Origin: Adineta steineri
Taxonomy: Eukaryota
Direction of reading: 5' to 3'
Length of the DNA stretch: 33,730 bases
Assembly: GCA_905250115.1 (NCBI GenBank)
Contig: CAJNOI010000010.1
Location: 402,938 to 436,667, forward strand
This document shows, piece by piece, positions 22,078 through 32,300 of the stretch (within the stretch, counting starts at the first letter, position 1; each line of letters opens with the position of its first letter). The notes under the pieces are model-generated. The model saw only the letters and a program-made list of their open reading frames with translations. It did not search any database and was not told the origin of the DNA. The translations under genes were made by a program, and so were the position numbers.

Positions 22078-24706
22078 CTAGAAAAAAAAAGTAAATTATG
22101 CAATTTTTTTATTCTTATTTCTTTAATTACTTACATATTATCAAACCATTGTTTTTCAGCAATCATATTCGTAAGAAATGCTGGTGGTATACAGACGTCT
22201 GATGATGAAGCTTGAAATTCGGTATTTGTTAAAATTTTTGTCATTTGATTGAGTATTGTTTGTTGTGGTGTTTGTTCAATTTCATTAAAACTATCTTTTG
22301 TTTTATAAACAATTAATCGACTTGATTCACATGCTGATTTACACATTAAACCCATTAGAAGACCGATTTCAGCACGTGTTCGTGGTTTACCTAAACCTCT
22401 AGCTGCTTGACATGGTTGTGACATTGCATCACTTAAATTACAAAAAACAAATGTTCGACCAGGAATTGGTTGACAATTATGTTGAGTAGCGATTTTAACT
22501 GAACAATCCAATGCTTTTCTATAACGTTGTAAAAGTGCAAGATCATAAGGCATTTCTTTTGAAGCTAGTTTTTTTGCTTTTTCTGACGGTGTTAAACGAG
22601 ATTTTTTGTCTTTTTGTTCTTTTGTTAATCGTTTTTTTTCATCGGGTAATGTACCAACTGTTTCTTTTGCTGAACACCAATTATTAAATTCTTCCTCAAG
22701 TTCATCTAAGACTTGATATGCGGAAAAGAAACGAAATGGAAATTGTCGACTATATGTAACAGCACCTTCGTCTGAAAGTTTTTTTAATACCCATTGATGA
22801 TGTTTTTCATCGATACCTTTAGAAGAAGAAAAAAAAACGAGATTATAAATAATGAATTTTAATAATATTTACCAGCTTTAATCATATTTCGTAAATTTCT
22901 TAACATAGCCATGAATGGAAGTTTTTTATTATCAATTAATTGTTGCCAAACTGCAGCTTTATTTCCTTTCAAACTAATTTGTGTTTCCCACCTATTTAGA
23001 AATAGAATAAATATGAAATTAAATCTAAGAGAAAACAAATATTTTATTTACGTTTCTGGTGTTGGTAATTTCATACGTTTATTTGCACGTTCACCTTCGA
23101 ATACACCAGGTAAACGTGATAAATAAAATTGTTCAGATGTTTCTGGATATCGTTTACCAAGTAAACACCAAACATGTTCAACAGGTTCACTTATATGTAA
23201 TTGACGAATTAATCGTTTTAATGTAAACGCCATTCGTCGTGTTTCACGATCTTCTTCATTAATTTTTGTCATATTTTTTCTTGCGGCTTTATCTAATGTT
23301 GGTTCATCTGTTGTAGTACTCATATTTGAATCGGTTGATGATGCTCGACTTGCTCCACGTCCACCGCGTCCTCCACGAAATGACCCACGACCTCGACCAC
23401 CACGTCCAGATGAAGCACCACCTCTTCCTCGAGTACCACCGCTTGTTGTACCTTGAGCTGCATTAGCTTTCTTCGCTTTTTTTAATCGAGCTTTTTCTTT
23501 ATTATATTTTGCAAGTTGATATTTATCAAAATCAGGAAATTTCTTTATCATAACACGACGTAATGCTGATGGTAATGAACCAAAATGTATACGTTTATCA
23601 AAAAATGTTTGATAAAGTTCAGCTATTTCAATCCAATCTGATGGTAAATTAACAATAGTTTTAAAATATTTCTTTAAAAATATACGACATGAATCGGTAT
23701 ATGCAGCATATGCAACGAGAAAATTAGCTGTTATACGTATATTTAAATGATTACGTGTATAAAGAGCAGCCTAAATAAAATATATGTATTTAATTTTATT
23801 GAAGAAAATAGTTTTAATGTTTACTTTTAAGATAAATTCTGGATCTTGATCAACAACTAAATTAGCAAGACGAATAAGTTCACTTCGTTTTTGATCTGTT
23901 GCTTTTCGTAAATCAGGTTGACTTAATAATGAATCAGCAAGTGAATTTAAAAGACTTTTCTACAAAGAAAAGAATAAATTTCCTTTAAAAAAAATAAATA
24001 ATTAATATCAAACCTTAATTGATTTAATTCCAACATTAAAATCATCATCTGTTGTATTTTCAAGTCGAGTAAAAATCGAACTAAATGGATCCATACGAGG
24101 ACGTTTTGGTGCTGGAACATGACAATGTAAATTAACACCAAGATGAATTGATTTTGAATCAAGTGGTTTGATATTTTCAATATTATATTTACATTCATTT
24201 TCATTTGAAAGTATAATATTTGAACTTGTATCTATTGTTGTTGATGTTAATACAGAATTTTTAAGAGTTTCTTGAGTCGATTCTAAAGGTTCAGCTTTAC
24301 GTTTTCGACTTAAACTTGTATCAGTTGTTAACGATGATGCATTATTTGTATTGAATGATGAAAACAATGTATTACTAGTAGGTAATTTCGTAGTGGAGAG
24401 AAATGATGATGAATGAAGGGGACTAGTTAATGAGAATGAGGAGAGTGATGGTTTAGGTGCAGTACTTAATGAAAATGAAGTAAGTGATGATTTAGGAGGA
24501 GCACTTGTTAAAGTTGATGATGAGAAAAGGCTCGTTTGTTTATTTGTACCTGTTCCTGATAGTAATGAACTTGTTGTATTCACTGTTAAAAGACTCGAAC
24601 CTTGAAATAAGGAACTACCGGTAAGAGCTGTATTCTTTGTTGATAACAGAGAATTTGTAGTTGACAATAATGAGGATGCCGTTGATGGCTTCTTTGCGTC
24701 AGCCAT
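16227..24706 (-). CDS. TEP1-like: TEP1 homolog (telomerase protein component 1, vault-associated). Domain order is Ser/Thr-rich N-terminal repeats, TROVE, DUF4062, NACHT NTPase, then a large WD40 array. It has 6 exons and about 2732 aa.
   Basis: Exons on the minus strand are 24014-24706, 23825-23959, 23052-23770, 22873-22991, 22135-22816 and 16227-22077. They sum to 8199 nt, which is 2733 codons. TROVE-like blocks read DPEFILK / [24 protein letters not shown].., [13 protein letters not shown] and [18 protein letters not shown]4062 reads [29 protein letters not shown]. The Walker A motif [20 protein letters not shown] lies at about 20885-20945. The C-terminal roughly 1100 aa contain many WD repeats (..SGS.D..I..W). 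The TROVE, DUF4062, NACHT and WD40 combination is diagnostic of TEP1. Confidence 0.85.
23320..23460 (-). other. TEP1-like: RGG/RG-rich low-complexity insertion within the TEP1 TROVE-region exon.
   Basis: The translated segment is ..[50 protein letters not shown]... It is flanked by a Lys-rich stretch, [15 protein letters not shown]. Confidence 0.7.
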
Positions 24707-25354
24707 TATACTTCTTGCTCAATATTGTATTACAGTAAACGTTATTTTGTAAAAATAAGAGTGTAAAAGAAAAATGTATGATGTATTTAAATGAAAATAT
24801 TTCACATGCAAGCTCGAAGTTAGATAATAAAAGTATTGCACAATAACGAGAAAGAAAGACAAACAGAAATGCGAGTAGATTTATTCATAGTTAAGAAATA
24901 TTGCAGTATTGACAGTTGATGGTGCAAGAAAACGTAAAGTACATACGATGTTTTTTTTTTTTTCTTTCACGTTATTGCGAAAACAATTATACCTTTTGAC
25001 AAAAATAGCATCGGCGACGTACATCGATCATATATTTTTTATAAAAATAAAAAAAAAGGATTAAAATAACCACGACATCTATATGTAATTAATATATTTA
25101 AATAATTTGTTTTTATAAAGAACATAATTATATTGAAATAAAAAAACCTATAAACTTCAATTAAATAATTAAAAAAAAATTCTTAGACAATATCGAGGAC
25201 ATTTACTTAGCGACATGGTTAAGCTGGTGCCTTGTTCTACTCATCCAGTCAGCATTAACCGCAAAAAGAAACAATATCATTCATTTCTTTTTTCTAGAAG
25301 ACAGTTATGTTCTTTGATTATTAAATTAATTTCTCACGAAAAAAATCTAGAATC
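24707..25354. promoter_or_regulatory. Divergent intergenic interval between the TEP1 start (24706, minus) and the CEP78 start (25355, plus). It is a presumptive bidirectional promoter.
   Basis: This is about 650 bp of non-coding sequence with genes in head-to-head orientation. It contains T19 and A-rich tracts. Confidence 0.35.
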
Positions 25355-28300
25355 ATGCGAGTAGATCCGATATCAAAAACAGCTTCAGATGTTCCATGTG
25401 ATTTCAGTGCTAAATATGATGATTATTGTCGTCAATATCATTTATTACCATTGTCAAGTGTCAAAATTAAACTTGACTCAGGAATTATTGATTTAGATAC
25501 AGATACTCTTCGGTATATATATATATTCATTTATTATTTTCTATTCTTAACAATAAATATTTCTAAAATAGATTTGATGATTGGACACCATTATGTTCTG
25601 CTATTGGAACATGTAAAACACTTCGTTCGCTTACATTACGTAGTCAATATTATAATTCATCATCGAATAATTTTGCTGAAGGTTTATTTCTTTTATAATA
25701 AAAATAGAATATTTATTTTTTTTGTTATTTTGAAATCAGCCGAACGACGAACATTAAAACGAGCTTCATCAGCTTCAAAACGTCCACCAATATTTCAATC
25801 AAAAGAATTACTTTCAAAAATTTGTACACATATTAAAGATAGTCTTTTAATAACAACTGAACTTGTCCTTCTTGAACTTGATGGTCTTCCATTTCGACGT
25901 AAAGATTTAACGATTTTAGCTCAGGTACAAAATAATTAATTTATTATTCAATTAATCTATTTTATTATCTAAAGGGTATTGCCAAATGTAAATCACTTAT
26001 TCATTTTCGTTTAACAAATAGTTCAATTGGTGACGAAGGACTTGATAGTAAGAAAAATTTAATTGCTTTTTTTTGGAAATACCTTTTATTCTTTCTAGTT
26101 CTTTGTCGACATTTAAATCAAGCACCAAAAATTCGTGAAGTAGATTTTTCAGCTTGTTCACTTACCAGTCAAGGAGCACATATTATAGCTGATCTTATTA
26201 GAGTAAGCGTTCATTATATTTAGACACAAAAGAAAAGAGCGATTTACATAAGACATAAATAGAAGTTTATAAAATTATTTTGATGTTATTAAATTTATTG
26301 TTGATCGAGTTAGATCTTCATCATTTTCTGATGGATAAGAATTGATTGATGTTGTCATTATCATTGATTGATTATTATTATTCATGGATGCATATTGTTT
26401 AATATTTGCAAGTTCTAATGATTTATTTTCTATTATTGTTGCATCACTTTCACTTATTAATTCATGTTCATCAAATACACTTGTATTTCGTTGTTGAAAA
26501 AACAAAAGAAATATGATGATTAATATAAGTAGAACAATAAATAAAAGACTAAATATCGCAGCTAAACGACCCATGGAAAAGAATAATTCAGATGGTAGCA
26601 ATGACATTGTCTGATTGTTCATTATGATGTGACTAGAATAAGAAGAGAGAAATGAATTGAACGAAGAAAAAAGAAACACATCTGACAGGAACAAAAAAAA
26701 GAAATCGGGGTAATTATTGAAACGTTGTTGTTGCGTGTTCATTTCATTGCATTGCATGACAAGTGAGATCAGTCGATGAAGTTTTTTTCTTTATTTTATA
26801 AAGAACAGGAAGATGATGACGATTAAGTCAAGTTTGATCAACTAGAGAATTGTTTTTGATCTTTTATAGCAACAAGGAAATCGACGACATACTGATGTTT
26901 GGAAGGAAAGTCTTCGTCATCAACAAAAAGAAAGTTTACCATATCAAAATCCTATGCTTGATCATATGTCTGGTTTACGACGTGTTACACTTAATAGAAA
27001 TCCATTAATTGCGGATCGAGGTGCAACATTTTTAGCTGAAGTTATCGAAGCTGATCTTTGGATTAAAGGTAAGCTTTTTAATCAATTTGATTAAAGAATA
27101 CATACATATATATATATTATTTATCAACTCTTTTATACTAAAATTATTACTTTTTTTTCTTCTAAGTAATTGTTTTTCGTTTATATAAATAATCGGAAGT
27201 ATTTTTCGTCTATAAAAGAATTAATAGAGTCAGTCGGAAGTTAATAAAATTGCTTTGCATATTGCTAGCCTAATGGAAACAATGTATAATAACATTTGAT
27301 TAACTAATGGCATAAATCTCAATTACTTTTATTTTTATTTTAAGCTCTCGATCTCCAGGATTGCGCAATATCAACAAATGGTGCTAAGGAATTTTTAAAT
27401 GCAGCTAATTATAATAGTCTTATACATATCATTGATATACGTAATAATCCACTTGTTGATCGTGATATTATGGAAAAATTAATTGAACAATTATTAGTCA
27501 ATTGTGAAGATGATCGTTTATGTGAAGTTTGTATTTAGTGTAAAATATTTTTCTTTAAAATATATCTTTTTTTCTAATAGTATAAATGGTTAAAACTTGA
27601 ATCTCCTCGACGCCCACGATCGAAAATTGCTCGAACAGCAACAACAACAGCAGGTGCTAATCAACCAGTTCATTTTCATCCTAGAACACCTATTGATCCA
27701 ACGAAATTACAACGTAGTAAATCAACTGGGTCAGTTTCAACTGAACCACGAAGTGATGGAATACCATGGAGAACTGCTGCTCGTGCAGCTCGTCTTCCGT
27801 ATGTTTCTTAATACTTAAAACTCATTTAATTACTCACTTGTCTTTGTTTTTAGTGGATTTCCACCTAGATTACCAACACGTGCCTTTCATTCATCAGAAG
27901 AATCGATTTATGGTGCTGGAGGTGGTGGTGGTGGCGTTGGCGGTGGTGAATTTCAACAACAACAGATGAAAGAAAATTCAAATGTATGTTATTTTATATG
28001 AAATATTAGATATAAAAATTCCTTTTTTTATAGAGTCGTATACAACGATTAGAAAATAAATTACGTGAAGAACGACAAGCGAAAAAACAATTAGAAGAAC
28101 AACTTCAACAGGTAAGAAAAGAAAATGATGAATGTTTACTCATATAATTTCTTGTTTAGATTTTAGCAAAAAATGATTTAGCACAACGACAACAAGATCA
28201 TTTTTGTGCAGTAGTAGAAAACACATTTCAAAAATTTCAAAAGTTTCTTGATTTTCTTCGATCAAAACGGTACATATCTTTTATACACTACTTGATAGAA

Positions 28301-28527
28301 TATTTCTCTATCTCATTTTGTTTTATAGTTTGGGTGAATTAATAACTATGGCTGGTCTTGATGATGCTTTTACTAATCCACTTGATGAACTTCGTGAAAC
28401 ATCTTTATCTATTGCTAATGGATCGAATACAAATCATCAATCGGTAATAGCAGAAAAAAGTGAAGAACGATCACAATCATCATCATCATCATCCTCATCA
28501 GAGACGACTACAAAACATGAATCATAA
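25355..28527 (+). CDS. CEP78: Centrosomal protein CEP78 homolog, with ribonuclease-inhibitor-type leucine-rich repeats and a C-terminal coiled coil. It has 12 exons and 581 aa.
   Basis: Exons are 25355-25512, 25572-25681, 25740-25924, 25975-26047, 26099-26202, 26870-27068, 27345-27526, 27581-27798, 27854-27983, 28034-28111, 28160-28269 and 28329-28527. They sum to 1746 nt, which is 582 codons. LELDGLPFRRKDLTILAQGIAKCKSLIHFRLTNSSIGDEGLD aligns with human [38 protein letters not shown]. ..RRHTDVWKESLRH...GLRRVTLNRNPLIAD..DLWIKALDLQDCAISTNGAKEF..IDIRNNPLVD aligns with human ..[60 protein letters not shown]. The C-terminus FQKFQKFLDFLRSKRLGELITMAGLD aligns with human [26 protein letters not shown]. 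Confidence 0.85.
26275..26757 (-). CDS. Antisense ORF of 160 aa nested in the 667-nt CEP78 intron 5. It predicts one transmembrane helix and is a hypothetical nested gene.
   Basis: This is an uninterrupted ORF with a strongly hydrophobic segment (LAAIFSLLFIVLLILIIIFLLFF). The flanks are low-complexity with no homology. It occupies most of an unusually long intron in a gene whose other introns are mostly about 50 to 60 nt. Confidence 0.25.
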   Translation of the reverse strand: MQCNEMNTQQQRFNNYPDFFFLFLSDVFLFSSFNSFLSSYSSHIIMNNQTMSLLPSELFFSMGRLAAIFSLLFIVLLILIIIFLLFFQQRNTSVFDEHELISESDATIIENKSLELANIKQYASMNNNNQSMIMTTSINSYPSENDEDLTRSTINLITSK

Positions 28528-28632
28528 TAACTTTCTCTTTTTTTCTTTCTTGTTCATTGATATGCTAATGGTCGCTTTTTGTTTTTGCACATAGGGTTAT
28601 CTTTAATTAGTTCTAAATGTATTTTTTGTCTT

Positions 28633-28663
28633 TGTGTGTGCGTGTGTGTGTGTGTGTGTGTGC
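28633..28663. repeat. (TG)n microsatellite in the CEP78 3' flank or UTR.
   Basis: A direct read shows tgtgtgtgcgtgtgtgtgtgtgtgtgtgtgtgcg. Confidence 0.9.
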
Positions 28664-29384
28664 GATTATTTGTTTCATACTTGGACAGTTTTCTACTTTG
28701 AATACACGTCGTCATTCGATGGCAAAGCGAACCGACGAATGCTTAAATCAGTGAACGAATGTATAGAATTCGTACTAACATATATAACAAAGAAATGTAT
28801 ATTAGATTGTATTTAATACATGTTTGGTTATTTTTCATAATAAATATTAGATGAGACTAATCGACAAATTCTTATAAAATAAAGATGGAACTGTTATTAT
28901 TCTTTTTTTCCTGAATAATACCGACTGACTTTACAGTATACTATCAATATCCGGTAATACTCATTGAATATATATTCAATGGAAAGAACTTAGACAATAA
29001 GTACGATGAACCTACTGGTTTTGTCTGTGACCTGAAAAAAACAAATGAAAGAAAAGAAGTATTGCTAATTGTTCAGTAATTCATTGAAACTTTTATTTAA
29101 ATATTCTGTAAACACGGCATCAATTGCTTTTCTTCAACTTTTTGTTTTGCACAATCACGCCATCTATTGATAAAATTATCAATTTCTATTGTATGTGAGT
29201 AACATATCCTAGTAACATAACGTATTTCGAACACTACTATGGTATTTATCATAGGATTACTAGAATGTTTTATTTGAATTATTTACAGATCGTGTTTTTC
29301 AAAGAAGATTAATTAAGCTTTACTAGAAAATCTTTTCTTTTAATGAAAAAATATCTGTACAATAGATAAATAAGACAACTAGTG

Positions 29385-32300
29385 ATGGATTTCACTCCGG
29401 CACGAGATACAACGACTTTATCCGGCCTTGATCAACCTCAAGGTAGTTTTCAAATAAAAAAGAATTGATTAATATTTGAATATTTTAGGTCAAGCCAAAC
29501 GAATATCAAGTGAACGTCAAATGATTGCAAAACTTGATCCAGCTGAACTTCAAGATCGATATTTACGTTTATATGATGATCATTTAGTTCTTAAACAACA
29601 TGCTCGAAAACAAGAAGATCAAATTAAAAAGTAAAAACAAAATCTACAATTGATTATTTTTATATTCTTTTTCTTTCTCTAGATTAGCTACTAAATTAAC
29701 GAAAGTTGTTGGAGATAAAAAGAAAAGTGAAGCTGTTCCATTCGGTAGATAAATATTTTTTAAAAATTCAATAAATTTATTTCATTATGAAAAAAAACAA
29801 ATAGGTGCTAAATCAGGTATCCGTGATGCTGAAATTGAAAATCAACTTGCTGAATATCGTAATAAAATTTCTGAATTACGTGAACAAAATAAATTGCTTA
29901 AACAACGTGTTGTTCTTTCTCAACAACAAGCACAAGCAGCACAACAAATGAAAAAATCAAATGTTATGTACGATAGTGTTTCTTCAAGAATCGATACAGT
30001 AAATTCATTTTTGGAATTTATTCAATTTTATTATTGAAAATATTTTAAGGGTCAATCAAAACGTATACCATCACCATTACTTCATAATGTTCGTGTAATT
30101 GGCCCACGGGATTCATTCAGGTTATTATATTATTTTAACCTTCGAGATATGACATATGTATACATAAAAACATGACTTTTTCTGCATATCCTACCGGAAG
30201 CGTTGCAAAATATTAAAAAAAATCCATGTGTAACATAGAAAATGTTCACTTTAGTTTAAAGTTTATTTTCTAACATATAAAGCAATCGTATTTATTTCTT
30301 TTGTAGAACATCTGGAACAACTCCAAGAGTAAACAGCGGATTGTTAGAAGATGCTCGAATGACAAATAAACAATTGTAAATATTTATTTTATTTTAAAAC
30401 AAAAGAAAATGAAATCGACTTTTAACTTTTTTTTCTTTAGAGAAGATTCTCTTGATAAAGCGAATCAACAATTAAATTCCTATGAACAACAAATAGAACA
30501 TCTTCGTCAACAATTATCACAACGTGATAATGAACATGAACAAAATTTATTACGTTTAAGATCACAAGCAGTAACAACAACAGGTGGTGATTCACGTGTT
30601 AATTTACAAGAAAATATTGATATGATTCGTTTACAACGAGATTTACGTGATAAATCTGATGAATTAAGACGTTTACAAACTCAATGTACAACATTTGAAT
30701 CAGTTTGTTAAAGAATTTAATATTTTTATTAAATATGAACATATATTTATTATTTAGCAAAATCGATCACTTCAATTAACAAATGCCGAATTATTAAAAG
30801 AAATTGATCGACTTGATAGACAAATCAAAGATGAACAATCACGAGCATTACAATTACGTACTGAATTAAGAAATGGTTCACGTTCAAATACAGTTATTCA
30901 TGAAGTAAAATAATAATTTTCGTTGAAATAAACTGAATAAAATGATTTGTTTTTTTTTAGCTCAATGCACAAATTGAAGATTTCCGACGTGAATGTGAAT
31001 TATTAAAAGAAGCTAATTCTAAATTGGTTAGTTCAGCATTTAATGCTGATCGTGAAAGAGAATTTCGCGAAAAAGAACGAGCATTAAGATTACAAATAGC
31101 TCAACTTGAAGCAACAATCAAAGCAGATTTAGGTGAACGAGGAAATCTACTTGATAAACTTACATTAGAAAAAAGTAACAAAATTTTTTTAAAAAAAAAG
31201 AAAAGAATATATACAAATATTTTGATTTTACAGATTCTAATCAAAGAACTGATGATGAACATCGTACAATGCATTTAAAATATTTAGAAATGAAAGAAAA
31301 ATATGATGATTTAGCTGAAAAAATGAAATTTTTTGAACGAGTTTGTTTTATTTTTCGAATGAAATGTTTTATTTTTAATTTCTTATTAGGAAAGTGATAT
31401 AAATATGAAAGAAATTGAAGAAGCACTTATTATATTACGTCAACGTAAACAACGACAAGAACCAAATTTTGATTTTCTACTAAAAGTTGATGATGAAAAA
31501 GCAAAAAGTAATTAAATCGAACGACAGCAAAAGATTTCTCTATTGAAATTTGTTTTTCTAGATGTTAATCGACGAATACTTGAATTAGAAAGTCAATTAG
31601 CTGAAACAGCAAATGAATTAGAAAAAACTCGAAATTTATTATTTATGCAATATAAAATTAATCGAGATTATAAACTTGAAGTATGAGAAATTAGTTTTAT
31701 TTTTTATTAAACTTTTAATTTTGTTTTCATTTTCAAGGTTGATTGTGTTCAAAGAAAAATGGATGAAAACCATGCAGAATTCTCATCACGTGTACTTGAA
31801 AGTGGTCAATTACTTGATATTCGTGCTGAACGTATTCGAAAATTAGAAAAGTATGTGTTCCTATCGAATAGAAAATTTGTTAGAAAACAAATATTTTCTT
31901 TTTTTTCTAGAGCCTTAAAAGATGTTGCTTATGGTACTCGTCAATATCGTGTTCAAGAACAACCAACAACGGATGGTCATTTAACACATGAATTAATTGA
32001 AGATGCTATTGAACTTGAACGTGGTCAAAATTTAATTGAAATTCATATAAGTCGTGCTTCATTTAATGAACGTGCACTTGAATATTTCGGTAAAAACAAT
32101 GAACCATCAACATTCTGTTCAATCGAATTTTTTGAACATGAATTACAAATGACACCAATCATAAAAGGAAAAATACCGGAATATAATTTTACTGCACAAT
32201 ATATTGTTAATGTTGATGATTTTCTTTTATATTATTTACAAAAAGAATATACTTTAATTGAACTTCATCAAACAGTTGGACAATCATTTCAAACAATTGC

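Noticed and set aside
22911-24204. ORFs 22911-23126 (plus) and 23947-24204 (minus) in the TEP1 5' region.
   Set aside because: The first is antisense across a TEP1 intron-exon junction. The second is an off-frame read of TEP1 exon 1 and intron 1. Both are superseded by the phase-consistent TROVE exon model.
27597-27969. Plus-strand ORFs 27597-27818 and 27766-27969 overlapping CEP78 exons 8 and 9.
   Set aside because: They are frame-shifted relative to the CEP78 reading frame. The CEP78 frame matches human CEP78 (YKWLKLESP..IPWRTAARAARLP) and these frames match nothing.
28634-28816. ORF 28634-28816, beginning MCACVCVCVC.
   Set aside because: It is simply a translation of the (TG)n microsatellite and the downstream UTR.
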